Below, one piece after another: positions 9,789 to 17,807 of a DNA stretch of 64,000 bases (positions are counted from its first letter, which is position 1; the number at the start of each line of letters is the position of its first letter). The stretch spans positions 216,018-280,017 of the forward strand of contig CAZYTL010000001.1 of assembly GCA_964650355.1 (NCBI GenBank), read 5' to 3'. Made by a program: the position numbers and the translations under genes. The DNA comes from an uncultured Gammaproteobacteria bacterium. Lineage in GTDB: Bacteria > Patescibacteriota > Microgenomatia > CAYXHB01 > CAZYTL01. The notes under the pieces are model-generated. The model was not told where the DNA came from and made no database searches. It worked only from the letters and a program-made list of their open reading frames with translations.

Positions 9789-10277
9789 ATGGACGATAAA
9801 TTTTTGAAAGCGTTACGTTGGATTGTTGCCATCCTTGACCAACAAGGAGTCAAATATGTGATTTCTGGAGGCTTTGCAGCCTACTTATATGGGTCAAAAC
9901 GTCAAATAAATGACCTGGATGTGGACATTCCAGAAAATGACATTGAAAAAATTCGTCGTGATGTTAAAGACTATATTGTTGCAGGTCCGGAACATGTCCA
10001 AGACGAAAGATGGGACCTCCTATCAATGACGCTCAATTACCATAATCAAGAAATAGATATTAGTGGTGCGCTTCAACAAAAAGTATACGACGATGTCTAT
10101 CAAAAGTGGGTCAATATTCCAGCTAATTTTTCAAAAGCAAAGAAAATGGTTGTCGATGGAATTCAAATAAATGTTATGGATCCTCAAGACCTGATCTTTT
10201 ATAAAAAGTTTCTCATCGGTGCCCATCAAAAAGCCGATATAAAAGCGATCCGGGAGTTTATTAGAAATTCAAAGTAA
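9789..10277 (+). CDS. Lnu(A)/LinA-like nucleotidyltransferase
   Basis: 162 aa, the same size as Lnu(A). YVISGGFAAYLYGSKRQINDLDVDI aligns with the YWLDGGWGVDVL...HRDIDID core of lincosamide/ANT(2'') NTases. Confidence 0.6.
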   Translation: MDDKFLKALRWIVAILDQQGVKYVISGGFAAYLYGSKRQINDLDVDIPENDIEKIRRDVKDYIVAGPEHVQDERWDLLSMTLNYHNQEIDISGALQQKVYDDVYQKWVNIPANFSKAKKMVVDGIQINVMDPQDLIFYKKFLIGAHQKADIKAIREFIRNSK

Positions 10278-10382
10278 AATTTACTTTACTTTGCCTCCTT
10301 GTTACATCCCACATACCCAACTGTGAGCCTTTTTACTCTCTTTTGACCCCATATCAGAAAATCTAAAATCAGTATTCCGCTT

Positions 10383-11099
10383 ATGCCTTCGAACATCTCC
10401 AAGCATCCGAGTCTCTTTCCCAGAATCTTGCTGATTCTCCTGATTCTGATTCCCATAATTTATTACCAGGAATTTTACCAGCATTTTTATGCCTATTTGA
10501 CCGGAAACATCATCACCTACGTGATTACCAGACAGTGGCACATTGTGCTGTTGAGCATCCTACTGTTTATAGCTTTTATCATCCCTTTATCTTACAGAAG
10601 AAAAGCCAATTGGCTTGAATACGGATTGGTGAGCGCCTTTTTTGTGTCTCTGTTTATCGAAATGTACGGCATTCCCTTAACTATCTTACTGGCTTCGAAA
10701 TACTTCGCCGCGACTCCTACGAACCTCCCCGGCTATCTGATTGAATTTCGCTTTTTGGGAGTAGGTTTTGGCATGGATTTAGCCATGAGCTACGCGGCTT
10801 TGTTAATGGTCACCGGAGCTTCTTTGGTCATTACTGGCTGGATCACTCTCTATAGAAATACTAAGAATAAAGGTCTGGTAACCCATGGCATTTATCACTA
10901 TTCCAGACATCCGCAATACTTGGGATTTATATTCATTATCTTGGGTTGGTTTATCGGCTGGCCTACACTGCTAACTCTGGTTTTTACTCCGATTTTGATC
11001 TTCAAATACATCCGGGTCTGTAAGACAGAAGAAACAGAAATTACTGATAAATACGCCGAATATGAAATGTATAAAACCAAAACACCTTTTCTGATTTAA
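10383..11099 (+). CDS. membrane methyltransferase, isoprenylcysteine carboxyl methyltransferase / phospholipid MTase family
   Basis: Five or six TM helices. C-terminal GIYHYSRHPQYLGFIF motif of the ICMT/PEMT family. Confidence 0.65.
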   Translation: MPSNISKHPSLFPRILLILLILIPIIYYQEFYQHFYAYLTGNIITYVITRQWHIVLLSILLFIAFIIPLSYRRKANWLEYGLVSAFFVSLFIEMYGIPLTILLASKYFAATPTNLPGYLIEFRFLGVGFGMDLAMSYAALLMVTGASLVITGWITLYRNTKNKGLVTHGIYHYSRHPQYLGFIFIILGWFIGWPTLLTLVFTPILIFKYIRVCKTEETEITDKYAEYEMYKTKTPFLI

Positions 11100-11103
11100 A
11101 GAC

Positions 11104-13737
11104 TTAAAGCTTTTCCTTCCACTCCGCCAGTTTCTGCAAAGCTTCGATGGGCGTCAGAGAATTGACCTCTAATTCCTTTAATTGCTTCACCACCGGATGA
11201 TCCTGGTCCTTGAGAAAACTTAACTGATTGGCTGACTCCACTGCCATTTTATACACGGGAGTTTTAATGCCCCGTTCTTCAAGCGAATTCAATACCTCGA
11301 TGGCTCTTTGCAACACCGGCTGGGGCACGCCAGCCAATTTGGCCACCGCGATTCCGTAGCTGTGGGAAGCTCCACCTGGAATCACCTGATGCAAAAACAC
11401 AGGTTCGCCTTCGTGTTCCTCCACCGCCATCTGAAAATTCTTAATTTGGGAATATTTATCAGCCAGGGCCTGCAACTCATGATAGTGGGTAGCAAACAAT
11501 GCCTTGGGCCCAGACGATTTAGCCCCTTGTTTTATATTAACTAAATATTCCGCCACCGCCCAGGCAATACTCACTCCGTCATAAGTACTGGTTCCTCTGC
11601 CGATTTCGTCCATCACTACCAAACTGTCTTGAGTGGCGTGGTGCAGGATTTGAGCGGTTTCCACCATCTCCACCATAAAAGTAGACAACCCCATAGCAAT
11701 CACGTCAGCTGCTCCGCTGCGCACGAAAATTCGGTCTACCACACTAATCCGACCTGACTCCGCCGGTACAAAACAACCCATCTGGGCCATTAAAGTGATT
11801 ACTGCCACTTGCCTGATAAACACCGATTTACCTGCCATGTTCGGTCCGGTAATAATTAATAATTGCTGGTCCTCATGATTCAGAGTCACGTCATTGGGCA
11901 CGAACTGTTCGTTCTCCAACAATTGCTCCACTACCGGATGCCGGCCTTGCTTGATTATCAGTTCGCCATTACCAGTTATTTCCGGCCGACAATAATCATA
12001 TTTTTCAGCCAGTTGGGCAAAGTTTGTTAAACAATCTAACGCTGCCCCTGCTTTGGCGGCTCTTTGCAGTATCGTTGTCTTTTCCAGCACCTGACTCACC
12101 AGTTGGTTAAACAATTCGAATTCCAATTTGTTGATCTCGTCCTCGGCAGACAACACCTTTTCTTCTTGCTCTTTCAATTCCGGAGTAATGAATCTTTCTG
12201 CATTCACCAGCGTTTGTTTGCGGATATAATTGTCCGGCACCAGTGACAAATTCGATTTGCTGACTTCAATATAAAAACCAAATACCTTGTTAAATTTCAC
12301 TTTCAATGACTGAATTTTAGTCCGCTGTTTTTCCTGTTCTGCAAACTTGTTCATCCAGGCTTTTCCACCTCCCTGGATATCCCGTAATTGATCCAATTGC
12401 TCATTAATCCCTGATTTAAACATCCTGCCCTGTTTAATATCAATCGGCGGCTCTTCTGCAATCTGGTCAGCAATCAATTTAGCTACTTCCGCTATCTCGG
12501 GATCAATTCCCTGATTAATGCGAGCCAGTAAACCCTTGTCAAACTGCTTGAGCAATTGTTTGATCTCCAGACTCAGACTTAAAGATTGGCTTAACTGGAT
12601 TAAATCCCGGGCATTTCCGCTGCCAATAGCCAGTCTGGACACCAGCCTTTCCATATCCGCAGTTTGTTTGAGTAGCTGCCAGATTTCTTTCCTTAAATCA
12701 CTGGCTGCCAACAACTGGTCTACCGCTTCCAACCGTTGGTTAATCATGGATTTATCAGTTAATGGTTGTTGTAGCCAGTGGCGTAACAACCTGGCTCCCA
12801 TGGCTGTCTGGGTCTGGTCCAATACGTGAATTAAAGTGCCTTTCTTGTCACCGCCACGAATCTGGGTAAATAACTCCAAATTCATCATGGTGGAAGTGTC
12901 CATCAGCAAATAGTTTCCCGGTTGGTAAGAAGTGATTCGTGTCAGATGACTGACCTGTTCCTTTTGAGTAGCTTTTAAATAACCCAATAAAGCCGCGGCT
13001 GCCTTCGTCGCCCAATCCTGATTTTCCAAGCCGAACCCTGCTAACGTTTTAACGTTAAAATGATCTTTCAAAATTGACTTGGCATCTGCGGCATATCTGT
13101 CCCAGTCAGCGTACGGATAAATATTCATCCCCGAAATAGTTTTCAACAACCGCAATAAATCTGGCCGGTTATATAAATCATCAGGCAGAATACATTCAGC
13201 CGGACTCAGCCTGGTCAGCTCGTCTTTTAAACTGCCTTCCCATTCTGCTGATTGCCATTGGGTAGTCCTGAATTCCCCGGTAGACAAGTCCGCAATCGCC
13301 AACCCTACCTGATCTTGATGTACTAGCAAGGCTATTAAATAGTTGTTTTGTTTGCGGTCCAAAACCTGATCGCTGGTAACCGTTCCCGGAGTCACCACCC
13401 GCACCACTTCGCGTTCCACCAATCCGATGCTGTCAGGCTTTGTCTCGCCAGGGGCGGATTCGGTCACTTGTTCGCAGATGGCCACTTTATAACCGGCTTT
13501 TACCAGCTTAGCCAGATAATTGTCTACCGCGTGATAAGGCACTCCGGCCATGGGGATTCTGCCGTCTTTGCCCCGATCTCTGGAGGTTAAGGTAATGTCC
13601 ATAATCTTGGCGCCGATTTTGGCATCTTCCATAAACAACTCATAAAAATCTCCCAGCCTGAAGAACAGCAGACAATCAGAGTACTGCTTTTTAATCTCCA
13701 GATATTGTTTCATCATCGGAGTAGAGAACTGTGCCAT
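11104..13737 (-). CDS. mutS: DNA mismatch repair protein MutS
   Basis: 877 aa. The N-terminal mismatch-binding region (MKQYLEIKKQY...LFFRLGDFYELF) and the Walker A site (TGPNMAGKS) are both canonical for MutS. Confidence 0.95.
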   Translation of the reverse strand: MAQFSTPMMKQYLEIKKQYSDCLLFFRLGDFYELFMEDAKIGAKIMDITLTSRDRGKDGRIPMAGVPYHAVDNYLAKLVKAGYKVAICEQVTESAPGETKPDSIGLVEREVVRVVTPGTVTSDQVLDRKQNNYLIALLVHQDQVGLAIADLSTGEFRTTQWQSAEWEGSLKDELTRLSPAECILPDDLYNRPDLLRLLKTISGMNIYPYADWDRYAADAKSILKDHFNVKTLAGFGLENQDWATKAAAALLGYLKATQKEQVSHLTRITSYQPGNYLLMDTSTMMNLELFTQIRGGDKKGTLIHVLDQTQTAMGARLLRHWLQQPLTDKSMINQRLEAVDQLLAASDLRKEIWQLLKQTADMERLVSRLAIGSGNARDLIQLSQSLSLSLEIKQLLKQFDKGLLARINQGIDPEIAEVAKLIADQIAEEPPIDIKQGRMFKSGINEQLDQLRDIQGGGKAWMNKFAEQEKQRTKIQSLKVKFNKVFGFYIEVSKSNLSLVPDNYIRKQTLVNAERFITPELKEQEEKVLSAEDEINKLEFELFNQLVSQVLEKTTILQRAAKAGAALDCLTNFAQLAEKYDYCRPEITGNGELIIKQGRHPVVEQLLENEQFVPNDVTLNHEDQQLLIITGPNMAGKSVFIRQVAVITLMAQMGCFVPAESGRISVVDRIFVRSGAADVIAMGLSTFMVEMVETAQILHHATQDSLVVMDEIGRGTSTYDGVSIAWAVAEYLVNIKQGAKSSGPKALFATHYHELQALADKYSQIKNFQMAVEEHEGEPVFLHQVIPGGASHSYGIAVAKLAGVPQPVLQRAIEVLNSLEERGIKTPVYKMAVESANQLSFLKDQDHPVVKQLKELEVNSLTPIEALQKLAEWKEKL

Positions 13738-13776
13738 ATTAGTTGTATATTATCATTAATTAGTTAATCCGCCTTT

Positions 13777-14391
13777 ATGACTTCTTCTTCCAAACAATCT
13801 CAAATTGCTGCTGTTAAAAAGCATGTCCTGGCGCTCACTTCTTCACCTTTATATGCTTACCGCACCAAACACCACTACCAGCCTGTAATCGGTGAAGGCA
13901 GTCTGGATGCCCGGTTAATGTTCATCGGTGAAGCCCCTGGACAAAAAGAAGCCGAAACCGGCAGGCCTTTTGTCGGTGCTGCCGGCAGAATCTTGGATCA
14001 GTTGTTAGCTGCTGTTCATCTCGATCGCAACCAAATCTACATTACTAATATAGTTAACGATCGCCCACCCGGAAATCGCGATCCTTTACCACAGGAAATC
14101 GATCTTTACTCGCCCTTTCTGATTCAGCAAATCAAAATCATTAAACCTCGGGTTTTAGCTACTTTGGGTAGATTTTCCATGGCCTTCCTCATGGACCGAT
14201 TCAGGCTCAAGTCAAAGCTCCAGCCCATCAGTAGGATTCATGGACAAGTATTTTCCACTCGTTCAAGTTATGGCCAGGTCTATTTGATGCCCCTGTATCA
14301 TCCGGCCGTGGCTTTATACCGGGCTCCCATGAAATCAGTCTTGTTGAAAGATTTCCAGTTGCTCAGCCATTTACTCAAGAAAAAGGATTAA
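13777..14391 (+). CDS. uracil-DNA glycosylase, family 4
   Basis: GEAPGQKEAETGRPFVGAAG family-4 motif. Confidence 0.85.
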   Translation: MTSSSKQSQIAAVKKHVLALTSSPLYAYRTKHHYQPVIGEGSLDARLMFIGEAPGQKEAETGRPFVGAAGRILDQLLAAVHLDRNQIYITNIVNDRPPGNRDPLPQEIDLYSPFLIQQIKIIKPRVLATLGRFSMAFLMDRFRLKSKLQPISRIHGQVFSTRSSYGQVYLMPLYHPAVALYRAPMKSVLLKDFQLLSHLLKKKD

Positions 14392-14430
14392 CCATCCGGA
14401 TGATAGTTAGCAACTAATAGATTTTATGCT

Positions 14431-14847
14431 ATGCTGGAAATAATGAATAGGAAAATAACTTGGGGATCAATCTTCTTCAGTGGAATGGCACTTCTGGTTA
14501 GCTTATTTTCTCCTGTTTACGCCGATGTACCTATCGGATCTTACTTCGGTCGTCGCACAATTGTCGGAGGAGCCATTGGCAGATATTCTGAGATTACCCA
14601 ACTGTTCAATCCGATCCTTGCCACTGCCTACGCCATTGCCGGATTAGTGGTCTTTTTTGTGGTCCTGGGCGGTGGTTTCATGTACATTATGGGAGCCGGC
14701 CAGAGCGACGCCAAAAGACTGGAGCAAGGTAAGCAAGCTCTTACTTGGGGATTAATCGGATTGATAGTCATTTTTATTTCCTATTGGCTGATCAGAATTA
14801 TTGAACTCCTTACCGGCATGGACATTTTTGGCGCTGGGGGATTATAA
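14431..14847 (+). CDS. small pilin-like membrane protein, TrbC/VirB2-like (T4SS-type pilin family frequent in CPR genomes), paralog 1
   Basis: 138 aa. Signal peptide, then two hydrophobic helices separated by a short polar loop, sharing a conserved core with the next three ORFs. Full evidence is in the first finding. Confidence 0.55.
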   Translation: MLEIMNRKITWGSIFFSGMALLVSLFSPVYADVPIGSYFGRRTIVGGAIGRYSEITQLFNPILATAYAIAGLVVFFVVLGGGFMYIMGAGQSDAKRLEQGKQALTWGLIGLIVIFISYWLIRIIELLTGMDIFGAGGL

Positions 14848-14878
14848 TGACAATTAACACCCTGACTTAAAGTCACCC

Positions 14879-15229
14879 ATGATGCTATTTCAACTACCAC
14901 CCATCTTCGGTCGAATTACCCCTCCTGCCGCAGTAGTTGCGATTGATGCTAGCGAAAGGGGTTTAACCACTTTTATCAGCAACCTGGTGAAGTTTTTTAT
15001 TGTAGTAGCAGGTTTATACGCCTTCTTAAACATCATTTTGGCCGGCTTCCAATTTTTGTCCGCCGGAGGCGATCCTAAAAACATGTCCCAAGCCTGGTCA
15101 AAAATCTACCAGACATTTATCGGTTTAATCATTGTGGCTGGAGCCGTGATGATCACTATGATTGTATCTTTAATCATTTTCGGAGATGCCGGCGCCATCC
15201 TGAATGTCGTTGTTTACGGTCCCAGCTAA
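14879..15229 (+). CDS. TrbC/VirB2-like pilin paralog 2
   Basis: 116 aa. Core ILAGFQFLSAGGDPKNMSQAWSKIYQTFIGLIIVAGAVMI is shared with its neighbours. Confidence 0.55.
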   Translation: MMLFQLPPIFGRITPPAAVVAIDASERGLTTFISNLVKFFIVVAGLYAFLNIILAGFQFLSAGGDPKNMSQAWSKIYQTFIGLIIVAGAVMITMIVSLIIFGDAGAILNVVVYGPS

Positions 15230-15306
15230 CTTAAACAACCATGACGGTCACCCAATTTAGTGATTACCTGTCTTTGCGGGTAGTCCGAGTGCTAAATACT
15301 TGATCT

Positions 15307-15783
15307 ATGTTTTCCGTTCTATTAGCTCAACATCGATGGGATCTGGGAGTGATCACCAGTATTGGTAATATCTTGAACCTTGATCCCGGCGCGCCAAGCC
15401 AATTAAGAACCGTTTTTAATCGCGGCATCTCCTTTCTCATTGCCTTCCTTACCGTTTTAGCCGGTCTATTTTTTCTATTTCAGATATTTATTGGTGCTTT
15501 GGGGTGGTTAAACGCCGGCGGTAATGAGAGCAACGTGGCCAGTGCTCGACAGCGTATCATGCAAGCCTTGATTGGCTTAGCCATAGTGGTAGCGGCTTAC
15601 GGCATCATCGCCTTAGTCGGTGCCCTTTTAGGCCTGAGCATTCTTAATCCGTTGGGTGAATTCACGAGCGGTACCGGCAGCCCTGCGCCTGCTTGTAGTA
15701 CTATTGGCTGCTCTGGGCCAGGAGACACAGTCTGCAGCGATAACGGCTGTGGTGCTTGTAATCCCACCTTTCATTGTAGCTAG
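15307..15783 (+). CDS. TrbC/VirB2-like pilin paralog 3 with Cys-rich C-terminal tail
   Basis: Core GALGWLNAGGNESNVASARQRIMQALIGLAIVVAAYGII, plus a 7-Cys tail CSTIGCSGPGDTVCSDNGCGACNPTFHCS. Confidence 0.55.
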   Translation: MFSVLLAQHRWDLGVITSIGNILNLDPGAPSQLRTVFNRGISFLIAFLTVLAGLFFLFQIFIGALGWLNAGGNESNVASARQRIMQALIGLAIVVAAYGIIALVGALLGLSILNPLGEFTSGTGSPAPACSTIGCSGPGDTVCSDNGCGACNPTFHCS

Positions 15784-15815
15784 GGCCAAAGACCTGTAAA
15801 TAAGAAAATCAAATT

Positions 15816-16238
15816 ATGTTTTTTCCAATAATTACCTTTATTTCCATCTTGTTCATACTCGCTGGGCGGGTTTATGCCCAAAATGAACAGATCTGCAATA
15901 CAGCCTTGCCAGCAATATTGGGGTGTGATCCCACCGGAGGGGAAAATATCATCGGCCGTCTACTGGCCAGAGTATTTTCCGCTGCCTTGGCAGCAGGGGC
16001 AATTGGCTTCCTGCTCTACTTGGTTTTCGGTGCTTTTCGCTGGCTGACTGCCGGTGATAATAAAGGCCAGGTAGAATCTGCCCGGAGCACTATTACCCAG
16101 GCTTTAATTGGAATAGTACTTCTGGCATCCATTTTTGCGATTGGCAGAATTGTAGGTACTTTACTGGGCTTACAGTGCAACGGACTTAGCTTCCCTGATG
16201 TGATCTGCTGGCCAGAAGTCCCGGCTCCTACTCCTTAG
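15816..16238 (+). CDS. TrbC/VirB2-like pilin paralog 4
   Basis: Signal peptide. Core GAFRWLTAGDNKGQVESARSTITQALIGIVLLASIFAIG. Four Cys in the extracellular segments. Confidence 0.55.
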   Translation: MFFPIITFISILFILAGRVYAQNEQICNTALPAILGCDPTGGENIIGRLLARVFSAALAAGAIGFLLYLVFGAFRWLTAGDNKGQVESARSTITQALIGIVLLASIFAIGRIVGTLLGLQCNGLSFPDVICWPEVPAPTP

Positions 16239-16289
16239 ACTTAGCGGTAGGGTTTTAATAATGCCTTGCCCTGATATACAATAATAGGC

Positions 16290-17807
16290 ATGGCGCCAGC
16301 TCTTTCCCAACCAGAAACCGCCCTGGAAGAAGACCTTAATCTGTTGTCCATCAAGCAACGCTCCGTTTCCGGCTTGATGGTGTTGATTTCTCGCTCCATA
16401 TTTTTGCAACTCATCGCCTTAGGTGGATTCTTTTTTCTCACCACTTTCCTAGACGTCTCCGAAATCGGCCTGTTCTTTGCCGTTGGCGAAATCGTGGCCA
16501 TTCTGGGCTATTTTTCTGATATCGGTCTGGCCGCCGCCCTGATTCAGAGACAAGAAAAACTCCACCTCATTGATTTGCGCACCACCTTTACTTTGCAACA
16601 AATCTTAGTCACCAGCCTTTGCCTCTTGGTCTTAATCTTCACCCCGCAAATCTCCGCCTACTTTAATCTGGCTGACCAGGGGGTGTGGTTGTTATGGGCG
16701 CTCACTGGTGGCTTTTTCCTGGCCTCTCTAAAAACCATTCCTTCAGTCCTTTTGGAACGCCATCTCAAGTTTGACAAACTGGTCATTGTTGAAAGCGTGG
16801 AAACCATTCTTTTTTACACCATTGCTGTGCTCATGGCCTGGCAGGGCAAGGGAGTGATCAGCTATGCTTTGGCGGTACTGGTCAGAGGCTTGGCCGGAGT
16901 AGTCACCATTTATCTGCTCTCACCCTGGAAAATCGGGTTCGCCTTTTCCCGCTCCACTCTCAAACAACTGTTTGGTTTTGGCGTACCTTACCAGGCCAAC
17001 ACTCTGATCGCCATGATCAAAGATCGGTTCCTTAATCTATTGCTCTTCAAGCTTATCGGTGCTCAGGGCATGGGCATTATCGGCTGGGCGCAAACCTGGT
17101 CGCAAAAACCTTTACGCTTTATCACCGATAATGTCACCAAAGTCACTTTCCCGGCTTTCTCTCGGCTGCAAACCGACCATGAATCCCTGTCTCGTTCAGT
17201 CGAAAAAATGTTATTTTTTTCAGCAGTGCTCATCTTCCCTGTGCTCATCGGCGCCGGAGTCATGGCCCAACCTCTGATCGATTTCATTCCCCGATATCAA
17301 AAATGGCAACCGGCGTTATTGGCTTTTTATCTTTATTTGTTTAATAGCGGCTGGGCAGCCATCTCCACTCCCATCACCAATACCTTAGCCGCCATCGGCC
17401 ACATCAAAGTGGTATCCAAGTTGATGATCATGTGGACCGTGCTCACCTGGACAATTATCGCGCCTTTAGCCTACTTCTTCGGCTATAACGGGGTGGCCGC
17501 CGGAGTGGCCATCGTGGCCGTAAGTTCTGTGGTTCCAATTTGGTTACTTTTGCGATACATCAAGTTCAATATCACGGACAACCTTCTCCGTCCCTTAGTT
17601 GCCAGCTTGATCATGGGTCTGGCTGTCTGGTTAGTTATCAACTTCTGGCCTCTTAATTTTGCCAATTCCTTTCTCACCGGTGGACTGAAAATCCTGTCCG
17701 GCATGATCACCGGAGTGGTTGTTTATTCCCTCAGCTCCTACCTGATCATCGGCCAACAATTGATACCCCAAATAAAGCTATTTTGGAGCTCTTTAAAACC
17801 CAAATAA
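16290..17807 (+). CDS. MOP-superfamily oligosaccharide/polysaccharide flippase (Wzx-like)
   Basis: 505 aa, about 14 TM helices. N-terminal pattern typical of Polysacc_synt / Wzx proteins. MurJ cannot be excluded. Confidence 0.6.
   Translation: MAPALSQPETALEEDLNLLSIKQRSVSGLMVLISRSIFLQLIALGGFFFLTTFLDVSEIGLFFAVGEIVAILGYFSDIGLAAALIQRQEKLHLIDLRTTFTLQQILVTSLCLLVLIFTPQISAYFNLADQGVWLLWALTGGFFLASLKTIPSVLLERHLKFDKLVIVESVETILFYTIAVLMAWQGKGVISYALAVLVRGLAGVVTIYLLSPWKIGFAFSRSTLKQLFGFGVPYQANTLIAMIKDRFLNLLLFKLIGAQGMGIIGWAQTWSQKPLRFITDNVTKVTFPAFSRLQTDHESLSRSVEKMLFFSAVLIFPVLIGAGVMAQPLIDFIPRYQKWQPALLAFYLYLFNSGWAAISTPITNTLAAIGHIKVVSKLMIMWTVLTWTIIAPLAYFFGYNGVAAGVAIVAVSSVVPIWLLLRYIKFNITDNLLRPLVASLIMGLAVWLVINFWPLNFANSFLTGGLKILSGMITGVVVYSLSSYLIIGQQLIPQIKLFWSSLKPK

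Noticed and set aside
12064-13590. Several 60-103-aa plus-strand ORFs inside mutS
   Set aside because: Antisense shadow ORFs within a confidently called 877-aa gene.
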